Source of the DNA: Minutocellus sp. GHC0000111
Lineage: Eukaryota
Reading direction: 5' to 3'
Assembly (NCBI GenBank): GCA_977018835.1
Contig: OZ361259.1
Location: forward strand, 3,658,001 to 3,722,000
DNA: 64,000 bases
Positions 34,750-47,111 of the stretch are shown here, piece after piece. The number at the start of each line of letters is the position of its first letter. Position 1 is the stretch's first letter. Both the position numbers and the translations under genes were made by a program. The notes beneath the pieces were generated by a model, which was given only the letters and a program-made list of their open reading frames with translations, made no database searches and was not told where the DNA came from.

Positions 34750-36190
34750 CCAACGAGTGCCGATGATTCATCTGATTCGGCCGCCTTCCGTTCTGTCATC
34801 GACGATCTTGCAACGGCGACCCGGCGGTATACTGCACCATGTCTCTTTGCAATTGCCAAGTGCAGGGAGCAGGCAAAGGTGGACTATTCGGTGCTGTCCA
34901 GCGCAGAGCATGGTGCACGATTTTCGGGATGGATGAAGGCGTATGGTGCTCTACCTGCATCTGAGAAGGCGATGTGGGAGATGAAGAGGAGATCTCATCT
35001 GGCTATGCAGCCATACATTCGAGATGTTATTGTTGATGCTCTGATACGAAATCCTCGGGAATCTTGGCGGGAGCTGGAGGTGGATGTCAACTTTTGGTGT
35101 TCCTACTCGGCAATACGGCGGTGGATAATGTCGCGGCAAGGGTTCCGGTACTATGCCGAAAGGATCATCCCTCTCCTTACTACACATCAGATGGAGAAAC
35201 ATTTGGCATTTGCGCGGAAATTCCGAAACAATTGGGGGCTCGGCGGTGGCAAGTTTCTCCTTGTGTTATGTTCGATGAGAAGTGGTTTTGGGGCTTGGTT
35301 CTTCGATCGTATGCCAAGCAAGTTGCAGAATTGGGTATTGATCCTCGGTCCTTCTCGGCATATCACCGAAATCACATCAACAAGTGCATGGTGGTGGCTG
35401 TCACTGCCTTGGCTTTTATTGACAGCATTGAGAATGGCGGCATTGCGTTCAAGCTTGGACTTTTTCGGGCTCAGGCGCATAAAATTGCGAGGCAGATGGT
35501 AAGGGAGGCGGTGCGGCAGGCAGATGGTAGAATCAAATATTGCGGCCCGGTGGTTCGGAAGAAAGACGATCTATACCTTGTGGATTGCGCGGTGACTGGA
35601 TGCAGCCATGGCACCCTTGATAATCCCAAGTTCCCACTGAAAGCTTTGTTTGAGAACAAGATATTTCCGGATGTTGAGGCTTTGGTCGGACCTGGCGGAA
35701 AGTTTGAAGGCTATGTCCCTATTTTCCAGGGCGACAATGCTGGGCCCCATGCCGAGACTGAATTTGTGGAATATGTGGAGAAGGATACTGTCGGGACGAC
35801 AAGGGATGGCGTTGGGAACCTCAGGCCCCGCAAATGCCCCATATGAATGTTCTTGATCTGTCTGTTTTCCCTTGCATGTCAAAGCAGCATACAATGTTGT
35901 GCCGCGATCGGGAGGGGCTGAAGGTTTTGACAGAGGATCAGACTTGGGATGCAGCGGAGGAAGTTTGGATGGGGCTGGAAAACTGGAAGATCGCATCGGC
36001 ATACATCCAGGCTCATAGAATTGCAAAGAAGGTAATCGTTGCAAAAGGCAACAATGATTTTCTTGGAAACGGTGAAGGCATTCATGTTGGGGTGCGAAAG
36101 GATTTCAGGCCGACTGAAAATGGCATGGTTCGGATAGATGGGAAAATTATTATCGCTCCTCCTCCTGCTGATCCAACCATGGATAATTAG
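34750..36190 (+). CDS. Mariner-type DDD transposase, frameshifts near 35268 and 35778, start not resolved
   Basis: MFDEKWF, HINKCM, FQGDNAGPH and WEPQAPQMPHMNVLDLSVFP; HTH-like SWRELE...SYSAIRRWI. Confidence 0.85.
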
Positions 36191-36554
36191 TCCTGCGGTG
36201 CTTTTTAGTTTAATTGTGTTTAATAATACTAGATTGGATTGTAGATCTGGATACTAGCTGCTGCAATACATGTACTTTGCATTGTACATGTATTCAATGC
36301 CGGTAGATCTAAGATTCAGGCGGTTGCGTGCCCAAAAAGTCGCTGTTTTGGTCCCGACCCTGCGCTCGATTTCTCGCGAAACGGACTTGGTACGTGTTGG
36401 TTGGTTGTGTGTTTGTTTTTTCTTTTTCTTTCTCTTCTTTCCCTTCTTTTTTTTCAGAAATTTTATATAAAAGTATTCATGGCTGATGATTTTCAATTGT
36501 CCCAATGACGAAGGCATGGCTTGCTTTTCTCCCGCCGACTTTTTTTGGATTTGC

Positions 36555-36562
36555 GCGGGAAA
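36555..36562 (-). promoter_or_regulatory. Candidate E2F site (TTTCCCGC) upstream of Wee1; near-match TTCCCGCC at 36823-36830
   Basis: Matches the TTTSSCGC consensus about 620 bp upstream of a cell-cycle kinase. Confidence 0.35.
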
Positions 36563-37173
36563 ATCACCGCAAGGGACATCATCTTTGCTTTTTGCTGCCG
36601 TTCGGTCGACAGGAAGTTGTTATTGCACGGACGACCGCGCCGTAAGCTATTGTCAACAACAAAGCCCCCCTTCGTCGAGTGGTTGTTGCATTCACTGGCA
36701 CACACATAACGGCATTTCGTTCGTCTAGCTCTAGCTAGGACGGAAAGCGGCCGCATCGAAACGATTTCTTCTTCCGCTTTTCGGCACATCCTCCCCGAGA
36801 AGAAGTCGACCCGCATCGAATCTTCCCGCCAAGCAAGGGAGATACGCACCGGCCCGTTTCACAATTGAAGCGAGAGGGCAACTACTTAATTTCCTCATCG
36901 CCTTCTCTTTCACACTATCATTTCTTGGCCCATCGGCTCTACTTGTCGGTATCTTTTGATCTGCATATCTACAGCAAGCATATCTTGTGCCTTCATCCCA
37001 TCACCCTCAACATCGTGGCAGCAGTGTGCGAACTGAAATCTTAATTCAAATTCCACACCCAGTACACATACCCGCACATCCCAGAGGTGAGGAGAGTGAC
37101 TTCTCAACACCACTCCTTCACAATACAAGTAACAAGATCAAACGAGCAATAGTCAAAGTGATCACGTCGCATC

Positions 37174-40100
37174 ATGCACATGACCAGCGGCAGCAACCAA
37201 TCGTCGCCCGATCGGGTCGGTGCCAGTAGCAGTGACCGCCGTGGAACCGCAGCAGCATTAGGCACATCCACGGCCACGGCCGCCCACAAGCGCAAGCCGA
37301 GCGACGGGGGCAACACCAAGGTTCGTCGCTACTCGACCTTCCAGCGGACCAACGGAGATCTCGGCGGACATCATCGCACTGCCTCGGAGCGAGAGCTGTC
37401 GGGCGACCGGCGCGGATCGCCTCGAAGGCGTCGGGACGATGGACCTCTCCTCTCCTCGGGATTGTCTTCACCTGGCTTCCCCGGTGCTGGACTTGGGCGA
37501 GAGAACGTCGACCCGGTGCCGGCGGCGGCCCCATCGGTTGCGAGGAGGAACTTGGACTTTACGGACGCCGACCTGGCGGCGGTGGCTCTTCAGTTTCCTG
37601 AGGAGGCGAGAGGACGCAGCGCCGGCGGCAGTACCATTACGAGCGGGGCAGCCCCTTCCATGCTCTTTTCCGATCCCGGTCCCGGCAGGAGTGGCATTCA
37701 CGGTTCTATGCTGCCGTCACCTCCTCGCCCCTCCAAGAGTCCTGCCGCAACCCGATCGATTCTGGGTGAGATGCCCAGTCCAAGTCCCAAATCTTTGTCA
37801 ACTCGCCTCCCAGATCCAACTCATCACGCAGCAACAGTGTCTGCAGCAACCCAAGGGAGAGCCCGAACGCTACCAGTACCGTCCGAGGCGTTCCTGCCAC
37901 TCCTCGCAGCCTCGCCTTCAAGTTTGGTGCCGCTGCCTCATCGCACCATGCTGACACAGGGCTAGGAATGGACATCGATATCGACCAAGATCAGCAAGAT
38001 GATGACGCTCCCCAAGCCACCCTCTCGGCAGCTGCCATGGCTGCTGGCCAAGCTGCCCAGATGGCCATCACCGCCACCACCATCACCTCCAGCAATGGTC
38101 TGACGATGCGTCGGAAACCAAGCGTTGGCGATGTGATCGGTCCCTTTCAAGAGACGGAGGTTGGTGCTGGCGCCACGGGTACTACTAGTACCACCGGTAG
38201 CATGAATATGATCGATCTCCCTCCCGATCTCCATGGGGGGAGGAGGACCCCTCTTGGAGGCGTTGCCGGCCCTTTACCGGAAGCCTCAATTTTGGAGACG
38301 AGCTCATGGCTGAGGCCAATGACAACGAGCCGGTTACCAGCACCAAGAACGACGCCAATGATGCCATCGTGCCAAGGGCTTCCGGAACCATCGTTCGTCG
38401 TCGCCGCAGCTCATCCAACAGCTTCGGTACACCTAGCGGTTCTCCCGTGGCCACCCGTCGCCGCTCGGGGGGAGGAGGGTCGCTGTTCGCGTCACCTTCG
38501 AGTCGGCAGCGCACTCCTCGCCTCGACTTCCACTCAGCACAAACTCCCATGAGGTACACCTTTGGCTTCAACAAGAACCCTTTCGCTCCTCTCACGCCGG
38601 ATATTCAGATGATGATCAATGGCAACGGCGAAGCTCCTCTCACTTCCACCGATGGTAGCCCCCTTGGTCCCAGCCGGCCCATTTACCCCAAGTCAGACGG
38701 CGCCTTGGACTTCAACGGAGGAGGAAGGATCAAACCAGGCAGCAACCTACTCTTTAGCGTTGGTGGTTTCAGGCCCGGCGGCGGATCCAGCAACTCCAAC
38801 TCCGGCCGCAGGGGAGGACGTAGGGTGAATCGACCGTACCGCCGCCCAAGTCCTCCTAACTTTGTCATTTCCATTCCCGATCTGGCCAGTGCATCTCCAG
38901 CTCGAAGGAGCGGATCAAAGGACGCACCCGACATGCGTCGTTCCCCTTCCGGAAAGGATCGCTACAGGAAGCGCGAGGGTGGTCAGATCGTCGATGTGCC
39001 TCTTGACCAGGAGATCAGTCCTGACACCGTGGGGGGCTTCCCTCACCAGCAGCTCAGGCGCAGTCCTGGCATCGACTACTACGTAACCCTCAAGGACGGC
39101 AGCAGCGGCACAAATATGGAAGATGTCGCCGCCGATACGTCTTTTGGCTCCTCTGGTAGTACTGGCTCTCGTGCCCCACCGCTCCCCCCCACCAAGACGC
39201 GACCTGCTATTTCGAGACTCCCTCCGTGCTCGAGATCTCCTTCTCCGTCGAGAGGTATTCCTAGCGCTGCACTCTCATCCCCCATGGTTCAGATTGGAGA
39301 GATTGAGGAGCCCAGCAGCCGCAGGAATAACTGCAGTGTCAGGAGCAATGGTCTCAACAACTCCACCTCTTCTGGAGCGTCTTTCAACTACAACCGGTAC
39401 GACAATGACTTCCAAGAAATTGACATCATTGACGGGGCTCCTTCGGCGAAGTCTGCCGGGCGATTCACCGCCTAGAGGGCATCTTGTACGCCATCAAGAA
39501 AATTGAAGTTCGCAACGAGTGCGATCTCACTCTCAAGATGAAGGAAATTTACGCACTCGCCGCTCTTTCAGACAGCTCCTGCGGTGGAGCCTTTCATATC
39601 GTCCGATACCATCATAGCTGGGTCGAAGGTAGTGGCTGTGATGAGCCGAAGCGCCTCTTTATTCAGATGGAGCTCTGTGATCACACTCTGGTCCAAGAGA
39701 TTGAGCAAGGACGTCTCGCGCAAGACAACGGAGACCGACTCTTCAAGCTCCTGCGCGAGATGTGCCTCGCCCTCAATGTCATCCACACCAACAACCTCGT
39801 CCACCTCGATGTCAAGCCTGACAACATCTTCATCAAGGACGACAAATTCAAGCTCGGCGACTTTGGATTGGCAAACTCCATTGACGCAGGTGATACAGAC
39901 GAGGGCGACAATCGTTACATGGCAAGAGAGATGCTCGCCTTCCACTCCGTTGACCGCGCGAGGTGTGATATTTTCTCTCTCGGCGCCACGATGTACCGCA
40001 TCTGTCTCGGTCGTGAGCTCCCTGGAAGTGGTGACGAATGGAACGACATTCGAAACGACAAGCTCGACCAGCTTGAAGGTACTCATCCCGAGCTCAAACG

Positions 40101-40302
40101 GTACATTTCCGAGATGATGCACTCTGATCCGTCTAAAAGACCCACTGCGAAAGAGCTCCTTACCAGAGAATTCCTCTTGAGTGATCAGGAGAAGCAGCTC
40201 CTTGCTCAGCGCCGGCAGGTTCAAGAGCTCGAAGAGCAGCTTCGAAAGGCCCAACTTCAGGTCCCAAAGAGCGGGCTGGTACGCAGCTCGTCGATACTTT
40301 AA
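37174..40302 (+). CDS. WEE1: Wee1-like kinase; frameshifts near 37808, 38238 and 39431
   Basis: NKNPFAP, RYDNDFQE, restored IGRGSFGEV..LEGILYAIKK, HIVRY, HLDVKPDNIF, KLGDFGLA, EGDNRYM and DIFSLG. Confidence 0.9.
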
Positions 40303-40552
40303 AATGCACATTATGTTTTGAGCTTAACTGAATCGTTCAGAGAATCGAATCAACAAATACCAATGGGTGGTATTTTATATTTTTTTGGTGGCAGAAAAAT
40401 ACTTATTCGAATAGACTTCACAACAAACCGACTTTAAAATAACACATTCTAACATGCATGTTTCACTACTACAACTTAATTAGAACTTATGTTATAAAAT
40501 TATATATGAACTTTATGTACAGCATGGCACTGCATTGAGTAGGCCTGCTCTT

Positions 40553-42416
40553 TCACTGCATTTTGTCTGCCCAATGCAACTTCTTACCGTCGCCACTCTC
40601 CGCCAATTCGTCCCTGCCGGTGTCCTCAAGAGCCACGGCAGCAGCAGCCGAAGCCATTGAAAAAGCTAAGGACGATTTGGCTCTTCTATCTTCGTGCTTA
40701 TCAGTGGCTTTCCTCAGTCCTCGGAAAGTCTTCTTAAAAGCGATGGTTGCTCGGCGACACAGTTTCAGTTCCTTGCTATCACCTTGGGCAATGGCCCTGG
40801 CCCGACATGGTGCAATCTTGGTGAATTCAGCAGCAATCTCTGGAAAGTATCGCTTGAATGTACAGGGCGGAATGTATCCGTGCTTGCGAGCATCTGAACA
40901 CGATGAGGTATGTCGCAAGAGTGCAAAGTAAACCTCACCTATTTCATCTTCTTCACATCCTTCCTGCAGCAGAATTGCACGGAGCACCTTCCTCGTCACT
41001 GCACCTGCTGGCACACCACAAGAACTGCTGCACTGTAAGGCCCTGAAAGGACAGAAATCACGATTGTGGGTCTTTGGAACAAACCACTGGCTACAACCAG
41101 GAGGCAGTACAATGGGGGACTCGCTTCTCTCCTCTCCTTTGGTACTGCCTATGGTTTCGCTAGTACCGCCATTCTCTTCGTCCGCATCGCTAACCTCGGC
41201 GGTATTGTCACTTTGTGCATCGCTCTCTTCTCCATCGTCAAGGACAGCTTCTTCATCTTCATCTTCCGTTGTTGCTTCCGTTGCGCTGGTTAGACTACCC
41301 ATCGAGCTCTCCTGGCTCAAGAAAGACTCCTGCGAGGGCACTTTCTTGGAAGATACCAGGGGTTCTACATTTGTCAAAGTGATATCCACCTCACTTCCTG
41401 CTCGTTTCTCCTTAGCATATCCAATTATTTTTGCAGGCGCACCAACTGCCGTGGCGTAAGAGGGAATTGGACGTAATACGACAGCACCACTCCCAATTTT
41501 GGCACCATGGCCTATCTTGATGTTTCCCAAAATCGAAGATCCAGCTCCGATCAATACATCCTTGCCGACCTTTGGATGCCTATCGAACGAACCGTCCTTG
41601 GCAGTTCCGCCAAGAGTGACTCCATGAAGGATAGTGCAACCAACTCCAATAGTTGCAGTTTCTCCGACAACTACACCAGTCGCATGGTCAAACACAACGC
41701 CAGATCCGATGGCTGCAGCCGGGTGTATGTCAATGCCAAACGCCGCAGCGGCCTGAGACTGCAAGAGTAGAGCTGCGAATCGATTCCCTGCTGAGCCCTT
41801 TGAAGATTGAGCAGAAGGAGGTGCCGCATTTCCATCGGCATCCTTGTTCGGCCAAAGGCGCCGTGCTGCCCGATGACAAACAAGTGCACAGAAACCCTTC
41901 ATAAACATGATGCTAAACGCAGAAGGGAAATTGATAGATGCCTTGAACTTTGAGATTAGAAATACAACTTAACTTGTACAGAAGCCAAGCCCAGCATACA
42001 CATATTTATGCAAGGACTTACGCTTCTAGTATTGTCCCACACGCCGGATCCCTACGAACAATCGCTTGCGCGTCCTCTCTAATCGCATCTTTCATGGTAT
42101 GACCAGCCTCCAGTTCTGAGGATTGTAGGGCACTTTGGATGAGTCGAAGGACGTATGGCGAACACGGCAACGTTCCTTCTTCGTTCCCTGCTTGAAGAGG
42201 AAAGGCACTCGGGCAGAAAACGGTGAGGCGATGGGCAGCTACATTGGCAACCGCATCTTCAAACGAATTCACACTGGGTGAAAGTATGATATGCTCAAGG
42301 AGACGATGCGTTGCAGGATCGCCGCCCGAGTCCAGGATTTCTTTTGCCTCGTCGCGCAAACGACTCAGCAAGACATCTTCTCCATCAAAACCATTCGAGA
42401 AAGCTGACGGTGCCAT
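40553..42416 (-). CDS. cysE: Serine O-acetyltransferase with a long C-terminal extension; intron 41913-42021
   Basis: RDPAC, KGFCAL..HR, DIHPAAAIG, DHATGVVVGETA, GVTLGGT, RHPKVG and AVGAPAK hexapeptide repeats. Confidence 0.92.
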
Positions 42417-43129
42417 GATGACAAATGTTCAGTATCGAAAGAAGCTAGCAGCGATGGTACTAGTATTCACTAACCACCTATTTTTGCCCTTCTTTGCATG
42501 CACTCGAGACTCGAGTGGTTGGAGGTTGCGTGATCTTCCCCGTTGTTCCCAGAGCATCTCGCGATCGACCAGAATCAAACCCGAAAGTCGCATCGGAGAT
42601 CTTCATCCTCAAACCTGCTAGGCGCGTTTTTTATGAGGTCGCTCGCCTCTCGCTCTCCCTTGGCCTCAAGACCACATGTTTAAGAGCAAAATGCACCTGC
42701 CAACATAGTTGCAATAACTCTTCTATGCATATTACTAGTACGTTCTAGACTATTCCTACGCACACCCCTTTTGCCTGCCAAAAATGTGTATCTCTCATGT
42801 CTTGGCTCGCTATCACACATGACGTGGCAACAAAAAATCAATCCATCATCCATGGGCTCGGTCGGATGGCATGCTCTGGTAGATTGATTTAGTCAGTCAT
42901 TTGTTCTCCATGTTGTTCACACTATGCAGGTGTAGGTCGCTTTCGTTTGATCTATGTGGTATGTACGTAGCTACATGGGGCGTATGGATGTGCATGATGA
43001 ATGATGAAAAATGAAATAATAATGGCTCCTTTTTCGTTGTCCGCGCTTGCTTGACCAACGGCACCGTCGTCTTTGTATCGTCTCCTCTATATCTAGCTAG
43101 CACTCAATGTATTGACAGCTACAGCCAAC

Positions 43130-43903
43130 TCAAAATTCTTGCTCGTAATACTTTTGTTTGTCCTTCTTCCTCGCCGCCTCGAAGAATTCCGCCTGCCGTT
43201 TCTTGAATCTGTCGTCATGCTCTCGTCTCAAATCCTTGGCCTTTTCGCTCAAGGTTTTGGCAACATCTCCGGCAGCCCAGTGCACCAGCTCGTTATGATT
43301 GCGGTAGGGATCTCCCTTGGCCTGTTTCTCTTGGTACCATTCCTCGTCCAATTCCTTGGCGGCATCGATGAGACGATCGATCAGACCACCGACGCGTTTC
43401 AACTCCTCTCCATTTACCTCGGATTTGATGACATGAAAGTCGGTGTGATCGTGATGGACCGAGGGCTCCACGTGGGCCAGACCCTGTGCCGCACACTCTC
43501 GCTCGTGCAGCCGGTCAACTACACGGAGGAGAAGGTCCGACGACGGACGCTTGGACTTGATCCGTTGGACAAGACCGGTCAAATCCATGTCTCCATCGGC
43601 GCCGTCGTGGGGGAAGAAGTGATCGATGACCTTGTCGGTCTCGGCATCTCGCTGGGCTTTCTTGGACAGAAGATTGTCATGCACCTGCTTCTCCGCCTCG
43701 GCGGCAGCAGCCTTGAGCTCTCTGGCCTTTCGAAGCAGCGCCTCGGCCTCGGACTCGGCAGTGGTGGCACGAAGGCAGGTGGTGGAGGAGCAGGTGGACA
43801 CAAGACGTGCCGGAACGGCACCAAAGGACGAAGCCGATGGGATCGCGATCAGCAAAGACAATAAAATGGCTGTAGTGGAAAGCTGTAAGGGACGCATCGT
43901 CAT
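43130..43903 (-). CDS. Predicted plastid-targeted coiled-coil hypothetical protein
   Basis: Signal peptide ending SASS-F and a Ser/Thr-rich transit peptide, then AEALLRKARELKA. Confidence 0.75.
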   Translation of the reverse strand: MTMRPLQLSTTAILLSLLIAIPSASSFGAVPARLVSTCSSTTCLRATTAESEAEALLRKARELKAAAAEAEKQVHDNLLSKKAQRDAETDKVIDHFFPHDGADGDMDLTGLVQRIKSKRPSSDLLLRVVDRLHERECAAQGLAHVEPSVHHDHTDFHVIKSEVNGEELKRVGGLIDRLIDAAKELDEEWYQEKQAKGDPYRNHNELVHWAAGDVAKTLSEKAKDLRREHDDRFKKRQAEFFEAARKKDKQKYYEQEF

Positions 43904-46900
43904 TATTTGATACCAATTGGTAGAAGAAGAAGATGGAATGCTGATAAATAGGCCTACGAGGTTGAATGGTCAGCCAGGTGTTCTTGATGTCAACTCCAAG
44001 TCGGTCAGAAGATCGAAGATATGGATTCACTCGACTTGATGATTCAATCGAACGAATCGCCGAGAGTCCCTTTGGAACAGGCCCCATCGGAGATTCATTT
44101 TTTGCCAGCCTGTCTGGCACACAGCAAAACTGCGTCAAAAACTGCACGAAGAATGTCGACGGGACTATCAGTGCGCATTGTCAAGTTGAACCTAATCGGA
44201 CATAACAACTACATCTTACACATTTGTTAAATCTTTAATCGCACCTGAGGGCGTCCTGCTGCACCGCAACTCTGTCTGCGGTGTTGACCGCGGGATTGCG
44301 GCCGTTGTTTTTTTTGCTCATGGAGAATTGTGGATCGAGACCAACGGGAACATCACCACAGCGCGAGATGTCGCCTTCGTTCTGCACGCAGCGGCGGCAA
44401 TTTGAATTTTTGCCGCCATGGTGGCTGGCAACCGACCGTACCGTTGGGCGCGCCGGTCGGTTGCCACGGAAAGTGCGGGAAAGTGCGACCGACCAAAAGC
44501 ATGCAAGTCATCGGGCTGGCAGATGGTGCTGTGGTACGAGCTCGTATCTTCTTTCTTCAGAGTCTAGCTAGTGCCCATTGATCTTTTTTAGTGTCTACTG
44601 CTTTGGATAACGGCGTTTTCCCCTAAGGTTATGAGCCAAAAAACAGTTGATGTCATTCGCTTCACTTCCAGCCAGCCATGAAGACCAACCTCGACGCCCA
44701 TCAACCACATTGACGATATACAACCACCCTTTCCTTGGCTCGGTATGCCTTCTCCACATATCTGCCGTGGCTCATAAAACTTCATTCGTAGCCTCACATT
44801 ACCAGAACTCACGAAATTCGGCCATCTGCAAGTGTCATCGGCCTCCACGACGGCTACAATTGTACAGAAAATGTGACAAACATATCCAATAATGGCAAGA
44901 TGGGCCACTATCAGCAATGGAAAATGTTTCTCTGGTAATAGTGCGGGTTGATGATTTGGTACTGCTGTTGAGTTCGGCTGTACAATGGAGGCAAAATGTT
45001 GACATCTTGCCAAAAATCGACAATCGAATTTCATCTCAAAACCGGTGCTCGGGGTAGAGATGGTCAAGGACGGGGACCAAGCCGATGTGGCATCCGACAA
45101 AACTTTTTATATTTCTCTCCCATTACATCAGCGGAGCGATTGGTGTGATTCTTTGGCGGTTTGAGTGCCAAGAAGTGGTTTCTTTTGTGGTGCATCTGTG
45201 AATTTTCCATCATTTGGGGGGGATTGGGATAGGCGCCGCAATCAGATGAGGTACGATGCTTCTTGTAATTGGATAGAGAGGCACAGGTACTTGTTCAGTC
45301 CTGCCGAGGTATGCACTAAAGAATGGAAGTGCATATAACGAATGTGCTATTAGTTTTAGCAAGCCCTTGCTTCCGCGCACAACGACAAGTAAAACCCAAA
45401 CCTCATGATTCCACTGAACTTCTCCACCGAAGTGTCAAATTCGCAATAGACATGCCTATCTGCGCAAAATTGATGATAGAGAGGCTTCTACTCGAAGCTT
45501 AGGTACCCACTCTGAGGTCCGATAGCATCCTTCTGGCAGTTGGGTCGATAGTTTGGCCAATTTGCGTCATGATGTAATTTATGGAGGGTAAGTTTTGACT
45601 TTCAGGAAGGTCAAAATTACCAACATGACGATAGTTTGGGTCCATTCGCGTCCATTCACCTAATCAGTACCTTGTTCCCGCCCTGACATGATATGAGGCG
45701 GCTCATTGATGGAAAGTTTCGCGGGGTTGCTGCAAAGATTGGTGGTTTTGTGAGTATCGCAACGTTTCGTGGAGGTCGACGGCAGATTTCCAGGGGTGCT
45801 GATTCCCAATTCCAACGTTGATACTGAATGGCAAGGAATTACAACTACTGCATGGAAAGGAGATCAAACAACCGCACTTAGCATTCCTGAGCGATACCTA
45901 TGCCTATGAAATGTCCTTTGTACCGATATGGAAAGCATCCAACTCACAGTCGAAATCCGACCTCCACCAACAGAAATTTTCGCTAAATCGACCATAAGAT
46001 ACATGATTGTTGACTATTTCTACGACAGAGTGCATCTTCTCATTGCTATACACATATACGAGGGTTCCATAGCAAACAACCAGCGTTTGGGTCAACAAGC
46101 ATGCGCAAGAACTACCTCCAGATCTCACGGAGCTCCCAGCCTCAAGATCTAGCCGAATTCATCCCAAGGAGTAGAGGTGGAAAGAGGAGCAAGTTCCCCA
46201 TAATGAGAACACAAGCAGTACTCATTCTCCCACCCTTTGATATATACTTTGTCAGAATCTAACATCTTTCGACATGTTTCGTCTACTTGTGGCGACCAAT
46301 TGCACCCGGTCTGATTATGACGCTCACGAGACAGTCCCAGAAATTCCTGTAGAATCAACGATCTGACTCCGTCTGAGCCACTTGCTTGGAGCAAAACCGC
46401 CAATGGACTACACGATTTGCTTCGGTATATCAGTGGTGGGGAAATATCCAAAGTTGTGCGACACTTTCTTCCTGCTTGGTTCCCAACTCTGCCCATTTCG
46501 ACCCAAAAGGAGGACATTTCGATGAAATCCATGTCTGATTTTTTGGGAGGATATCGTCGATTTGCGATATTTTTGCACCCAAACTCGAAATCACAGCTAC
46601 ACCACAGCTCGGCGCAATACATAGAGCGATCTTCCATGGGGCTGAACGCGGCGAATCTTGCACTGACACAAGATCATCCTCACATATCCGTGATAATTGG
46701 TCCCATTGTAGCCTCGATGATTGTCGTCGACACGTGCTGATCGGCGAGTTTCTCGAGATTTATAAAGGTCAGCCACATTTCAAGAACTGTAAAGGCAAAC
46801 TACGCACAAGGAGGCAAGAATGAGAGGTTGGGATGGCAGTTGCTCATCATCTTGTTGGTCTTCTGGAGCCGAATGATACCCTTAATCGCCTTGTTTGAGA

Positions 46901-47111
46901 AAAGGTGCGCCGCCTCGATGTCAAAAGTGTGTTTTGAGGTGTTTGTGGAAGTTATCAAAACGTCTTTCTGTTTGACATCATTTACGTCTGGCCGTCGAAC
47001 ACACAATGACTTATGCCTGCTCCTTGATAATTTGCCGTATCTTGATCTTCACTCCTGAACGCCCCAACACTACTACAAATACTATCATATACCCCACATT
47101 TTCACGGCAAT

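Larger units (their letters stand above)
34099..36390 (+). mobile_element. Tc1/mariner DNA transposon (about DD39D), 2292 bp, TA target-site duplication, 29-bp imperfect TIRs
   Basis: Left end TA|CGAGTTCAGATTCGCGAGAAATCGAGCGC; right end (reverse complement) TA|CCAAGTCCGTTTCGCGAGAAATCGAGCGC. The 19-bp perfect core lies at 34109-34127 and 36362-36380; TA at 34097-98 and 36391-92. Confidence 0.9.

Noticed and set aside
8900..39480. Programmed ribosomal frameshifting as a shared mechanism
   Set aside because: Shifts go in both directions with no common slippery motif; homopolymer sequencing error is simpler.
39568..40311. Long antisense ORFs over Wee1, the plastid protein (43112-43864), the Ca-ATPase and the FG-GAP gene
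   Set aside because: Codon-aligned shadows expected from GC3-rich coding sequence.
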